Shown here: positions 1-13,395 of the stretch, in pieces | How the letters are laid out: the number at the start of each line of letters is the position of its first letter | Numbering within the stretch: position 1 is the first letter of the stretch | NCBI GenBank assembly: GCA_050084515.1 | Contig: CM114271.1 | Coordinates: 38,006,001-38,070,000 of the forward strand | Origin: Blasia pusilla | Lineage: Eukaryota | Length of the DNA: 64,000 nucleotides | Reading direction: 5' to 3' | Position numbers and translations under genes: made by a program | Notes under the pieces: generated by a model | Seen by the model: the letters and a program-made list of their open reading frames with translations, nothing else | Databases searched by the model: none | What the model was told of the DNA's origin: nothing

Positions 1-3000
1 TATAGTAACTCGCTTGTTTGCAATGAGAAAAGTTCCTCTGCTGCTGCTGGTGACTGTATTAGCAGTTTCATTGCCCGCCCGCGACCTTCATTCCCAGATT
101 CCTCTCCAGCGCCCGCCAGAGCCCATCACAGAGCCTACTGCTAGTAAGTTACTCACCCGGTTGTTCCAGATCCAGCAGATTTGAAGGCGTATCCCAAAGA
201 GAGGGAACTGAGCTAATACTGAAACGCTAACACATGCACGATGAGGAAGGAAGACAAAAAGAAAAACAGAGGTGAAGCAGCTCTCCGGCACAACGCTAAC
301 CCTCGCTACTAGCAAACTCTCAGTTCATTTCCTATCCAATACGAAGTTTCCTTTCCTTTCCTTTCCTTTCCTTTTCTCAGTTCATTTCCTCTCCTGTCAT
401 TATGTGGTTTACCGAGCCGTTTTAATTAGAGGTTTTCGACTTTCATTTTTTAGGACTGATGACCTAGCTTCTCGATCACACAGTCCAACTTACCACTAAT
501 CCCCTTGGTTTCCTGCCTTTGTTTTCCTTGCTGAGGGCTATTCATGTAGCGTTGCAATAGTAGATAATCATCTTCGTGTGACCTCATTAAATATAGTGAG
601 TTTGTGACGATGGTTTGACCTCATAAGATCTAGAGATCTCTTCACTTAGACGGTCCTGAATCAAATAACAAAAGCGTCAATCGCGGCCGATTTCTGTGTC
701 GCTCTATTGCAGTGCTATGAATCACTCCAACCTTCGTTCTCAAACCAACCTACACCAGGGTTTACGGAACAGAATGTGAGAGCACAGTGGAGGATGAGTA
801 GAACATTCCCTCTCAGGATACACCATGGAGCGCAACGACATTAAATCCGAAGGCTCCGATCCGCGAGAGAGAAGTAGAAGAAGAAAGACCGGCCCATGTA
901 AAGCTAGAGCTTCGTAGTATACGCAAGCCAGTCAGGAGACTCTGGGTTGACTATGTGTATTGACAGGGTCGCAAGATTTGGAAGGATGCTATGGGGATTT
1001 CCTTGTGTGCCCTAGAAAAACAGTCAGAAGAATGTGTTCCACGGAGAGAAAAAGTACTGAACATGTGATCACGTTGGAAACTGAAGTGAACACACGAAAG
1101 GGAGATGGAGGAATCTCAGGACCCTGTTACATCATGATCCATGGATAACCTGCAGATAAATGACGCAACGCAGCAATGATAGGATGATTGTTCAGCACCA
1201 AGTCACAAACATCTATCAACACCACGTGCTTAAACAAAACCGTTGGGGTGAGCTAAACTTTCTGTCACGAGACGGCTTTTCTACAGAATTTGGATATAAT
1301 TCAATCGTTAGTGGTATGAGAGAATAAGTAGTTCAAGGAAGGGCTCTACCTTTGTCTCTACCTCCTGCACAAGCAACAGACTACTTGACTCATGATCAAA
1401 GCGAAGTGATTTACCATCCTCTAAATGTAATCTGATACATGACTTAAACACTACATACTCAATTTGTGAAGCATTCTCGCTAGCGATTATACCAAACAGC
1501 TTTAATTTCGAATGCGTTTGAAAACATTTATGTACATTTACATAGAAGTTTTTCTGCCTGTTTAAATGCGCCAATTGCGAGCTCGCTAGGATGTTGATGT
1601 CCGTCAGCTAGAATACAGACTATCACAAAAACTCACTTCTGTAGTCAGGAATAACAAACCTTTATCATTGTACGGTAGCCACAATCGCTGCTCTGTAGCG
1701 AAAAGTATCGTCTAGGCTCTGGCTGCAGGCGACGAAGAGACGCATAGCTTATCTTCTAAGTACAGTCGCATCTTCCTTCCTACCTCTACCCGGACACTTG
1801 AAGAAAGAAAAGTAAAAGTACACGCCAGCCATCTGTAGCTGTGTCGGCCTTCATGGAAGCCCTCTCTGATTTTGAAGGTTCAGGCCTCTCGAGCTCGACC
1901 CGAATCATCTCTGTACTGAGCCCTTCCGAGCATATCGAATACACTTCTTCTATTCTTGAAGACAGAGATGATGACAACGGCTAGGTTTGGTCGATCATGA
2001 ACATACCGCTTCAATTAAATCAGGTGCCTGGCTTTTGCATCGGAATCGGTGGCAGAAGCACACGGTTGATGAAGACAACGCTCTACAGACTTGAAGTCGA
2101 GTGGGTTTTAGCTTCTTGATGATGCGCTTCTTCCAGAGGAGAATGGTTGATATAGAAAGTAACGATGCTCTTGGACGGAATAGATATTGCAGCATCTGAC
2201 GCCGAAGCGAAATCGGATCCTCCTCCACAATCGGTTCCAAAGTGATTCTCCGTGATTTTCCACACCTGCGTTTTCCACTTTTGCCATCGTCAGTGCACCA
2301 CCGACCTCTGAATTTCTCCACCGGTACTCTCGACGAATCAGTTGCGTTACAAACTGGAACCTTTGAAGAGTTCCTTATCAGATAAGGCGACGTCGGATCC
2401 AGCAATCTGTCGGGAGTGTCCAGAGGAGCTACTTTCTTCGTTTGGGCGGTCGAATCCTTTTTCGACGACGTAGGACACCACAAAGTATGATCACCATAGA
2501 CTCCAAAAGCTCTGGGCCCGAAAAAGTCCAGTTTGAAATACGAGTTTGAAGCTAAGGAGATGAAAGGACTGCTACAAGCACAGCCCGCTCCTTCAACTGC
2601 ACCTCACTGGACAATGCTAGCTTATGCGACCTTCAACAGCCATAGCCATTTACCTCTTGAATCCAAAGCAATCAATTGTTCCTCATCCCCCCAGGGTTCA
2701 ATTCTAATACGCCTGCATCGAAAGCAACTATCCGTCCAGCCTAATTTGTGATTCCATACATCCCTGTTCCGGCTAGGGCTCCAACCACATAAACCTAGCG
2801 CAGGCTCTCAAATTCATTCAAAGATAACACTGCCGAGTACGCATCGCAGCTCCACAAGCTTTCATGCCTCAAAATAGACTCGCCGGCTGCTTCCGAGTGC
2901 CGCAGCTCCGCTAGATACTACTTTTTTTTTTCCACTCCTTAAGGTTTCTCCTGTATTACAACTATTTGGAGACTCAGAGGCTACCTTGGTGTACCGAGTC

Positions 3001-4694
3001 CTCTACCATGAGCTGAGCCCTCGCGCTGACTGATGATTCTCACACTGCGATTGGAATCCAGGCCAGCAGGCTATGGATTATCGGAAGCTGATATAGAATG
3101 CGTCGGACTCCAGCTCTAAACAGCTTATCTTCCGACGGCTGCGGTGATTGTGCACTGACTTTGTATCTGTGGAACTTGAGTGGTAGACTATGCATTCCTG
3201 TGCCATTATCTACCGCCGGCTCTTTCACCTTATAATCCCAGATTATAGAATGTGCAGTACTGTTGACGCGCAGTAGCTTACGGTGACTCCAGAGATCTCG
3301 CACTCTAGTTTAGCACTTGGACGGACGGCGAAATGACTGTAGTGGTCCGACGGACGAATGAGCCGTCGATCGAAAAGCCGGCGGCCTCGAAAGTGGATCG
3401 TTTCTACTTTATCCAGAGTAACTTGTTTCCATAAATGGCTTTGGCGCTCACAAGATGCTTTACAGTCTAGAGAGGATAGATCATGTCAGTCGTGGCATCG
3501 GCTGCTATTGTGTCATATGCGCGGTCTATCTGGTACTCTCCAATTACCTATTAGCTGGCTGTGCAAGCAATATGCGGAGCGAAGGTTGCATGTCTGCTGG
3601 CTTTTCTTGCTTGACTGCCTAACAGTGAATGCAAGTAGGTGATGATATTACTACGTTTCACATTTATCTATGGAGGGACTATCGAGGGTGTGTTCCACTT
3701 ACCTGAACACAGCGAGACACTCAATTCGATCGTTTTGCTCTGTAATGGTGTAGATCTGTATATGTGCAGTGTGAAAAGTGTGCTCGAAAAAAATAACTTC
3801 AGGAGAGCTCGATTGAAGAGCATCCAGGACGAAGAATCATGTTTAATTTGGGAGCCGCTTAGTTGGCAGGCAGTCGAGATAATGGTTTGTTTACGGGGGT
3901 GGATGATCAACATGAAACCGACAATTTCTGTTTGATCAGTGGGTGTCTTCGATCGACTAACGATAGCGGCCTGCTTGTCCTTTTTCAATTAACTTCAGTT
4001 GCTGTAAGTGGAATGGGTGTCCTCGATTAATCAATTAACAACACTGACGCGTCTTTCTTTTTTCAATTATCTTCTATTGCTATTGGTGGAATGGGTGTGG
4101 AACTTGATTCAAGTGTTTAATCGTGTCCCTAGGGCGATCACAGCAGTAACAGAAATCGCTGTGTACCAATCTGCTTGCAAATCCTTGTAAGTCTCACACA
4201 CTACTAGGTTTCCTGTTTCAAGCCGTAGAGGATGCGTGACTAAAGTCCTGATGAACGTTCGGTTCCTTGGCACTGACCGAGTTAGCCAGTGCTCAGAGAG
4301 ACAAGTTTCTGAACATGCTTCCCTCGAATATATGTAATGAACCAGCGTAGAGCCGATTGTCATATTATATCCTTTCTTCAAGAGGAGGAAGACGTCGTCC
4401 TCTTCGGTACTCGTGCGGGTCAGCTCTCGATCAAATATAGGCTCGCGCAGTACAAGAGCTTTCAGTCTGTCCTGGAATATATCCTTTGGATTCCACGGCT
4501 AGACGGGCAAATTCCTTTGTTTGCTGTTTCTGATGGATTTTCTTTCTCATTTTGATGTCAGGAATAGGGTAAGGGCAGTTGCTGTTTGAAATTCTACAAA
4601 AAGAAATTTTGATACTGCGTTTAGGGTCTTTATGTGAACATTGGCCCGATGGCGAACGAATCACCATACACAACCACGAAAAGTTCTGTACTTC

Positions 4695-4750
4695 GCCTAG
4701 ATTACGAGGGTATTGATCACAGGCCTAGATTACGAGGGTATTGATCACAG
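4695..4750. repeat. Perfect 28-bp tandem duplication
   Basis: gcctagattacgagggtattgatcacag occurs twice head-to-tail (4695-4722, 4723-4750). Confidence 0.95.
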
Positions 4751-6134
4751 AGATATGGGTCACATCATTCCAGGCCTCTTCAGAGTTCTAGAAATTCCAT
4801 CTTCCGAGATCCACAGGGTCCACATGCGCCGAGTTGAGATCAGTTCACCAACTTCAGCCTCGTCTGTCCTGAAATCTTATCCACCCTAGGATTTATAAAT
4901 GACCTTGATGGAATATTTCTGGGAATCTTATTATTCTTAATCGTCCGTTCGTTGTGGGTACAGATAGCTCTGTTAACACAACGATAATTACCTGGAAGTT
5001 AGGAAGATGGCAAGATCTTGCGAGTGCGTGCATTAGAGGGAATTTTGAGCCGGACAGTTTTCGGTGCACACTGTGGTTGGACGGAACTAGATGTGACAGT
5101 CATTTGCAAAGTATCAACATAGACTTCATTAATCCAAAATGTGAGGGATACAATAATATCCCGCAGATATTTGGGAGGAGTTAGGTAGACATGAAAAAGG
5201 AGTCGCCACTCTGTCGAAAGTCTGACATTTCCGAGTGATCCTCCCCTTTCGCCAGCGACGCGTTTTAGGTCTGAGGCAAGGAAGCGCTCCAACGTTCCTT
5301 TCAGATCATCTCATCATTCAGTGTGTAGAAACACCACGCCGAGCCCGATATCGAACCCCCAATCAGATTAAAATCGAAGGTGTTTCACTCAGGAATCAAT
5401 CCATTCTGTTGGTGGTTGATAGAACGAAACCCCACAAGTTCTCGCAGCACTCTGTGCAGGAGGAGAGCTTAGGGTAGTGGGCGAAGAATCAGACTTCCTT
5501 TCGTTCGCGACAGGCAACGGAGTCGCTGCCTGCCGCAGCACAAGCTCGGCGATCGCAAGACTTCGCGGGTGGGCTGTTTTCGGAGTCAGACGAAAACGAA
5601 AAAGCACGAGCAAATCGTCAATCAAAGCAGGAGTCCCATGAGACAAAGCAAGAGCAAATTGTCCGATGAGTCCGGCGTAGAGTCATCACCATCAAGCTCC
5701 TGCTTTGACTCATCGGACTCCGGACCACCGAATCGCTGCCATGATGCCATCACTGCAAGCAACTACCACCGTGCCTCCCGTTATAAGTCGAACGAATCAG
5801 GACTTAGCATGCGGCAATCCCAACTTCCCAAGCAAACAAACGAAAACACTCCAAACCTCGAAACAGCCTCGAAGCACAAAATGTCGTAACCGAACGCACT
5901 AGTGACTTTGGGAAGAGAGGGAGCCGTCTTCGTCGTTTATGAGGTGGGCGGTGGGCCATTTGTCTTTGCTCGGTTTGCTGTCTCGGGAAGAACATTTCAG
6001 TCTGATTTTTAGAAAAGAAAACTTTCATTTCTTAAAGTTTATGGAAATGTATTTAGAATTAAGAAAAAAACTGGTGTATATCTATTTTCTGAGTGCATGC
6101 TGTGTATAAAAAAACTTCACTTTAAGGAGTCACT

Positions 6135-6199
6135 TTTGAGTCCCCTCTTTTGTACTTCCGATGGGTTTTCCATCACTCGTTTTTATCGAAGTGCATCTT
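6135..6199 (+). mobile_element. 65-bp stub matching the 3' end of the LINE copy at 61.1-62.4 kb
   Basis: Near-identical (1-nt indel) to 62318-62383. Contains the hairpin GATGG-GTTTT-CCATC. Confidence 0.7.
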
Positions 6200-6608
6200 T
6201 ATTTTTTTCTTTAAGGAGGAAACAAGAGCTTAGGGGTCATGACACGAGGATTTTAAAGTTTCGGAATATCTTAGTACGGAGACAAATCGGATATGACACT
6301 CTGTCCTACTAGTACATTTATATATTTAGGCTAAGACCATTTTCTTGACCAGGTCACTGAAATCACTTGGTCGTACCAACCTACTAATAGTCTTAGACCT
6401 ACTCATGAATAGGGTTAGGGGAGTACTTTCTATTTTTATCATGAAATTTATGGTATATGGGATGTTTCATCGAAAATTTTTAAGCGCACGGTTTTAAATT
6501 TGTTTCTCTAGCCTTTTTATGGGTGGGCCTTGCATTTTCGAAATTTAAGATTTCAATCCGCCATGAACTTGTGATAAATTTTTGAGTGTCAACCAATTTT
6601 CCTCAATA

Positions 6609-6727
6609 CTAGCATCCCTCTCGTGCACCGGTGAAAAAATCACCGTGCTAAGGAAATCCGTTAAATCTATTATTTTAACTCCTTATTAGTTAAGTCTGTT
6701 AAATCTATTATCGCATGACCCCACAGA
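6609..6727 (-). mobile_element. Possible mini non-autonomous Helitron
   Basis: On the minus strand: A|TC start, then hairpin GCACGGTGA-TTTTT-TCACCGGTGC (6648-6625) about 12 nt before CTAG|T (6612-6609). The 5' end is weakly defined. Confidence 0.35.
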
Positions 6728-6744
6728 TATAAATACCTGGTATC

Positions 6745-8789
6745 TCCTATTACTCTTCCCACAATGGGTTTTAGTCCTCCCTCCAAGGGGGGTGCAACGG
6801 GTCATCGTGAAACCTCCACACGTATTCAACGCTTTATGTCAGGGGATTGAGAGAATCTTCAGAATGAGCATGTACTTCGAGCTGAGGCCTTAGCTGCGGC
6901 TCATCCCACTCAACATGCCAATCATGGGAGGCCTTCAATACAACAACGCCTTCAACGAAGTCTACTATTGGAGCAGGTTGGTGAGTTTTCACGTGCAGCT
7001 CGAGCATTGGGTCCTCTTTCTCTGGCGGTTCCAAGTGCGGAAACAGTGGCTCTCTTAGAAGCTCTTCATCCTCCTTCAAGTGGCGATGCTCCATCTTTTG
7101 TGGAAGACTATACAACAGACCTTGACTTGGAGCTTGACTTGGAGGTTTTCACAAGGGCTTTTCTGCATACTCCTCGCTTATCAGCAAGCGGGCTATTAGG
7201 GATGGTTTTTGAGCATCTCCGCGATTGCTTTATCCCTGCAGATTCAGCAAGTGGCTTTGTCTCTCTATATAAGGTGTGTGCACATATGGCGGAAGGTCGT
7301 CTCCCATTCTCTATCTCTAGGCTCTTAGGGGCTTGTCGTTTGTTGGCTCTGGATAAGCCCCCTTCAGGTGTGCGCCCTTTGGCTATTGGAGAGGTTTTAT
7401 ACCGCTTGGTCAGTCGATCCCTATGCTTGCAATTTCCTCCTCACTTTAGTGCCCACTTATTTCCTCATCAATTTGGAGTGGCAACTCCTGGAGGTTGTGA
7501 GGTTGTAGTGCATGGGATTCGCTCCACTCTTGATATTCATCCAGATTGGGTAGCAATTCAGGTCGATGTGGCTAACGCATTCAATTCAGTTTCTCGTGCG
7601 GCCATCTTTGAAGAATTACGTTGTGCAGGAAGACAACTCGCGAACCTCATTCCATTTTTTCGCTCCTTCTATGCCTATGATATGCCCATTATCTATTCCC
7701 ATCATGCTACTTCTGGGGAATATAGTATTCTACAATCGGCTTGTGGCACACGTAAAGGTGATCCTATGGGAGGCCCACTCTTTGCCATTGCCCATTTTCG
7801 TGCCCTTCGAGCATCAGCGCAAGCATTTTCATCTTGTCTTTTCCCTTCTATTGCTGATGACACTCACATTTTAGGTCCTCCTTCTGAAGTGGTTCCTGCT
7901 TAATCCCATTTCGTGGAGCAACTCTCTTTCTTAAACCTTAAAGTCCAACCTAGTAAATGTGGAGTATGGTCTCCTTCATGCCTTCCCTCAATATTCACCC
8001 CACCTACTCCTGATTTTCCCATTTACATTGAAGGGGTTAGAGTTCTTGGGGTCCCAATTGGCTTCATCGACTATGTCTCAAAGTTCTTGGATGAGGCCCT
8101 TTTGAAAGATGTGGAATGGCTTCATTTATTACCTCATCTTGGGGATCCCCAAGTGGCTTATGGGATTCTCTCCCAATGTTTTCTTCGACGTCCTTCCTAC
8201 CTTCTTTGCACTTGTCCTCCGACTTCAAGCTTCTTACATCGGCTGGCCTCTTTTGATGCTTCTATCTTGGCAACTATTGGTCAACTTCTTGGCCCGAATA
8301 CCTTTGAGGGAGAGGATGGTGTCTTTGCTTCATGACATGCTATCTTGCCTATTTCTTTTGGAGGGGTGGGACTATCCTCCACAGTCACATCTGCTCCCGC
8401 AAACTTTTTGGGGAGTTGGGTGTTGGTAGCACCGATTATGGCTTCAAGGTTTCTCCAAGGAGATACACCTATCTTGATGGATCATATCGCCCATGTCGAG
8501 GAGGGGGACTTGTCATTTCAACAATAATTGAGATCTGCACGAGCTCTTCTTCCTCTTGCTACACAAGCAATTCTACCCCCTTTCAGTCAACTAATTACAG
8601 AAGGGCTTGATCGTCTTCAAGAGCATATCTCCGAGAATCTGCATCAAATCAACTTTTCCAGCATTCTCTAAGAGGCATCCTCCGACGCTAATTGAGCTCG
8701 TCTACGTTCATGTGCGGGTACCGGAGCGGGGGCGTGGCTTATTGCAAATCCTCTTATTCTTCCATTTCGTCTTCCTCAAAGTGTATTCT
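6745..8789 (+). mobile_element. CRE/SLACS-like non-LTR retrotransposon RT region, degenerate and 3'-truncated
   Basis: RT motifs GVRPLAIGEVLYRL, HQFGV, QVDVANAFNSVSR, GTRKGDPMGG, SIADD, LPISFGGVGL. In-frame stops at 7901, 8333 and 8525. Ends abruptly at a gag fragment. Confidence 0.85.
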
Positions 8790-8804
8790 ATAGATATTGT
8801 ATAT

Positions 8805-9232
8805 ATCCATTCTAGAAAACTCCTCTTAGTCACCCGATCCACATCATCATCGAAGAATTCTCCTTTTAGCAACTGTTCGTACTCCTCCCATGAGGTTGGA
8901 TTTTCTGCTCTCAACTTCTTTACTTGACTACGGATCTCTGGTATTACAGCTAACTCAAAACTTGACACCATATCACCTTCGGGTACACGGTTTACCTCCA
9001 TCTCACAAACGTACTCTCGAACATACTTGGTGATGTTCCTGCCATCAAATCTCCCCAACTTCTTCACAATCGCTTGGAGAGCCCTTGTTGATCTTTGCTC
9101 TCCGATGTGAACTCCTCCTTGTTGGCTCAACAATATTGTCAAAGTTCGGAGAAGATCCTCAGCTCCCTCAGTTCCCATTGATGAAGTACTCCCAAAAGTA
9201 GTAATCTTGATACGACTCCAACTTGCAAACAC
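8805..9232 (-). pseudogene. Truncated gag of an LTR retrotransposon
   Basis: Reads MGTEGAEDLL...RFDGRNITKYVREY...SWEEYEQLLKGEFF, immediately downstream of an LTR and PBS on the minus strand. Confidence 0.75.
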
Positions 9233-9251
9233 AAACTACCGCCTCAAAGAG

Positions 9252-9269
9252 CTCTCAGTGGAAGCACCA
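9252..9269 (-). promoter_or_regulatory. Primer binding site, probably tRNA-Thr
   Basis: TGGTGCTTCCACTGAGAG lies 2 nt after the LTR end. It resembles the complement of the plant tRNA-Thr(AGU) 3' end, recalled from memory and not searched. Confidence 0.7.
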
Positions 9270-9271
9270 TT

Positions 9272-10547
9272 TGTCGTGTCGAGAAATCTTTCTTCGAGCA
9301 AGGGCGGGCCTTCTAGCTGCGGTAGATGCGGTCGATGCAAGGTGAACTCTCTAATAAGTTCTCCTTTTTCAATACAAAATTATGATGTACACTCTCCATT
9401 CTCTCACGACAGGTATCACAAATGGAAGTGCCGAGGCGATCACTTCTTCGTAACATCGGACCCCGAAATTCCTAACTATAAAATCCCTATAAACTATTTT
9501 ACGTTTGTACACGAGGAAGATAGCACAACTAGTGTTAAACCCTACTTGACCACGCCTATTGACATCCATGGATCGCTATATAAGGACATACAAAGTACAA
9601 TCCCATGTCCTTCCATATGTGACGATAGGAAGAATCACCGAGTTGGAGATTGCATGACCTGGTTCATGAACGCCTCCCCAAAGTGATAAACTAAATAGCG
9701 AGTGAACCAGTGCCTATCTACAAAGAGTACCTTGACATGGTAAGGATTGAGGAAAGGAAAGTCGGGCACAGCTCGTGCTCCACCCCTATCCATGCTTGAC
9801 ACACATTCTCTACTCTCCTCAAGAATGGGTTTTGGCGGAGTTATTCTCCCAAGAGGGGTAATCCACTCTCATTGGGAAAGTAACAAGCCAAAACATCCGC
9901 TATTTTAGTATGACTAAACTCCTCTACGGTGACAAACCTCTCATGCCCCCCATACACACACACCACACTCTAGAAACCTCTCGAAGAATAGACCATGATC
10001 AAATTACTCTCCCAAGAGGGGTGATCCACTCTCATTGGAAGAGCAAGCAATCCCAAAGCCATACACTCAAGAGAGACACGAGAGACTCAAGATGTGGAAT
10101 AGAAGGTGATGAACCCTTGAAGGTCCCTCCTCTTTATATACTCACAAGGGATCCACAAGAGTACGAAATAGAGCTTATCTTATCTTGTGCCACATGGCTT
10201 CCTCTCAAGGCTTAGCCAATCACATTTTGACACAAGTAGATTTCCTCTTATCTCTTCCAAAATATCCTCTTTTACCCACATGATATTTTCCAAATTACCC
10301 CAACTAACCTAGCCACCAACCAAGACTACTTTTGCTTTTCATTAAAGCAACTACTTTACTTTTATAAAGTCATCTTTTATTTATTACCTCCTTTTCCTAA
10401 AGTTGGGCCCGCATAAAAGAGGCGCCATAAAGAGGTTGAAACATAAGAATCTCCTTTTTCTAAGCCAATTTACTTAATACTAATGAAACTCTATCTAACA
10501 CTTAATGACGAAGGAGTTTACACACTGGTTGATTTTACTATCGGACA
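9272..10547 (-). mobile_element. 5' LTR (~1.28 kb) of a truncated LTR retrotransposon
   Basis: TGTC...GACA ends and nearly identical to 54404-55671. Followed on the minus strand by a PBS and gag. Confidence 0.9.
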
Positions 10548-11660
10548 GTATTTGTTGTTGCTTTGCTTTCGTTTGTGAAGCCGTTATTCTTTTGCTTTCG
10601 CTCAGGGCGCCACACGCTCTCTGCTCATTTCAAGCGTATTTATTCTTTCTTTGCTTGCTCGTTGTGAAGGTTATTTGTTGTCTTTCGCTTGCTTGGAGTC
10701 TTTGCTCAAGGGGTAATCGAGAAGGGTGGTCGGACAGGGGGCTCCATTTCCATGCCACCTTCTTTGTTGAGAACTTGAAACTCGCTCGTTCGTGAAGCGT
10801 TGCTGCTCGCTCGGTCGACATTGTTGCTGCTGCTTGCTCGTTCAACACTGTTCTTGCTCGCTCGTTCGTGAAGCGCTGCTCGGTCGATACTTTTGCTGTT
10901 GCTCGCTCGTTCAACATTGTTCTTGCTCGCTCGTTCGTGAAGCGCTGTTGCTGCTGCTTGCTCGTTTGTGAAGCGCTGTTGCGGCTGCTCGCTCGAGAGG
11001 CGCCACTTCTACTCTACTCGTTTCAAGTAGCGCTTTATTCTTTCTTTGCTTGCTCGTTGTGAAGCTTGATTGTCTTTTCGCTTGGGAGGCGTCATACGCC
11101 GCTCCTTGCTCTCTTCGCAGCGCTGCTTGTTGATGTTTGCTTACTGCAACTCTATCCTCCGTGTATTTTCGTTGGTGCTGGGTTTACTTCGTTTAGGCCA
11201 GACTCAAGCGCATACTCTGTGTTTTTGCGTTGTTGCTGGGTCTTTACTTCGTTCAGGCCAGACTCAAGCACATGATGCTCTTGCTCTTGCCATCATTTTT
11301 TTTTTCCATCTCGAATCTCTAGTGTGTGTTGCACTGCTCCTGATCAGCTCCCATGAAGGCTCGACTCTCTCGAGATGCTCTCGTCTAGACCAACTTGAGA
11401 CTCTTTAGTTGAATCTGTTACTTGTCCAGACCCAAATCCGCCCGACTCTCTTGTGCTGCATGCTACTGAGTTGGTCTTGTCCGCCCGACTCTCTTGTCCA
11501 CCCGACTCTCTTGTGCTCCATGTTGCTGAGCTGCTCTCTCCTAGGCCCGATTTTGACAAGCTTTTGATTTTCGTCAAGGCCCGACTCTCTTGTGCTCCAT
11601 GTTGCTGAGCTGCTCTCGTCTAGGCCCAATTTTGACCTGCTACTGATTTTGTCAAGACCC
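10548..11660. repeat. Degenerate tandem repeats upstream of the hAT transposase
   Basis: Repeated units gctcgctcgttcgtgaagcg (10.78-10.99 kb), tttacttcgtt(t/c)aggccagactcaagc x2 and cccgactctcttgtgctccatgttgctgagctg x2-3. Similar C/T-rich text appears inverted near 47.2-47.45 kb. Confidence 0.65.
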
Positions 11661-11798
11661 GAGCTCTTCTTGTAGACTCCGGTTCCGCACTCGCCCAGCC
11701 ATTTTTTCTGTGGTTCAATCCTAACTTCAGTTGTCGTTTGAGTCTCCTTGGCTCGTGGAGTCTCGGCTGTGCTTGAGCTACACTCTCTGAGCCTCTAC

Positions 11799-13395
11799 AT
11801 GGCTAAGAGACAGCGAACTATGAATGAGATGCTACACAAGGAAGTTAGTCAAGACTTTGCAGAGGAGAACAGTAGGTCAAGATCATCGGATGGGAGAGAA
11901 GGGGAAAAATCGAATACTCCTCCTATAAGTCAGAGTGAGAAAAACAGATTGGCTTGGAAGGATGTTTGGTATACTTTGTTTGATTGGATAGAATTTCATG
12001 TAGATTCTGGTCGAATTTTTTGCAAAGTTCGTAGACAAGGTAAGGGGAAAAGCTCCTTTGCTAGGGATGGTGCCATTAATTGTAAGGTTTCGGCCTTCAC
12101 AGATCATGGTAAGTCGAATGAGCACATGAAGCTTGCATGGGCTGCGAATGTGGGGAGCAGATCCATGGCCAAGGCTATAGCCACTACAAATCGGACTTGT
12201 GATCTCGCACTTTTGACTCTGTTCAAATGTGCATATTTCGTTGCAAAGGAAGCCTTGCCATTTTCAAAGTTCTCAAATCTGTGTAAGTTATTGATTTCTG
12301 TGAATGCACCTATAACCCGCGACTTGTACCAAGATGAAAAAAGTTGTGCTAATATGTGTTATTATTTAGCCAGGTTCTTCTCAAGAGGAACCTTTCTAAA
12401 GTGCAACAATCTCCTTTCTTTGGGATAATGATTGACGAGTCCACAGATATATCTGTCACTCGACACCTTGTTGTATTTGCAACTTACTTAGATGAGGGAC
12501 AAGTAGAGAGTTGTTTTATAGGATTGCTACCATATCCAGAGAAATGTTCGAATGCAATCACTAACAATTTGTTGGAGTTGATAAAGGATTCAGGACTTGA
12601 GGGATCAAAACTGGTTGCCTTTGGATGTGATGGAGCTTTTACTATGGTAGGAAGCCAAAACGGAGTAGCATCTCAGCTGAAACATAAGTTAAATCCTTTT
12701 ATGTTGTCTGTGCATTGTGTGGCGCATAGGACAAATCTCGCTGTTTTAACAGCAGCAAAAGGTGTAGGGTGTAAGGAAATATCTATAGAAGTAGATTCCA
12801 TCTTGAATGCAGTAGCTGGATATTTTAGAAGGTCGTCGAAGAGGAAGTGTGGTCTTGCAACTTTGCAAGAGAAGTTGAACGATTCTCAGAAAGTGATGAA
12901 GAGGTACCACAAGATTCGCTGGTTGTCACGTTGGCAGGCTGTTACTACTTTATGTGACTCATTGGAATTTGTCCTTGCATATTTCAGAGATATCTCACCC
13001 TCGGAAGATAATGGCAATGCTGCAAATTTGTATAACAAACTCAGATCATTTCAGATGATCTATCAGTTGTACTTTTTGGCAGATATTTTGTTTCTTCTTG
13101 CTAACTTGAGTAAGATGTTCCAATATAAGTTTGTAGATGTTAGTACCATAGGTAGTATAGTGACTTCTGAAATAGCTTCCATAACAATGAATTTTGTAAT
13201 GGAGAACCCTGATCTGAATGCCTCCACTTTCTCTGAAGAAAGTGGTTATCACATTCTACCAGACTTTGGTCCTCCAGGGGGTTATTTGAAACGTTTACAA
13301 TCTGAGATTAGGGGCAGAAAGTTCCACAGCATAGAAATGTTGAGGAATCGGACAGGAAAGGATCTAGAGGCTGCCTTGTTGTTTCAAAAGAATTT
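11799..13395 (+). mobile_element. hAT-superfamily (ZNF862-like) transposase, frameshifted and 3'-truncated
   Basis: N-terminal W..FDW..IFCK...H...EH zinc finger, GIMIDESTDIS, GCDGA, HCVAHR (CxxH), and RW. Frameshift near 12356-12380. Cut at a (TA)n run before the dimerisation domain. Confidence 0.9.

Noticed and set aside
23-184. 53-aa ORF with a signal-peptide-like start (MRKVPLLLLVTVLAVS)
   Set aside because: It is short, has no recognisable peptide motif, and its hydrophobicity comes partly from a CTG repeat.
1995-2483. 162-aa minus-strand ORF
   Set aside because: TTG start and no recognisable domain, so it cannot be supported as a CDS from sequence alone.
9207-10215. ORFs inside the 1.28-kb LTR
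   Set aside because: No domains are recognisable, and indels in the sister LTR break several of the frames.
10780-11660. CRISPR-like appearance of recurring short repeats (also at 33018-33170)
   Set aside because: The repeats are degenerate with no regular unique spacers, there are no cas genes, and the context is eukaryotic TE sequence.
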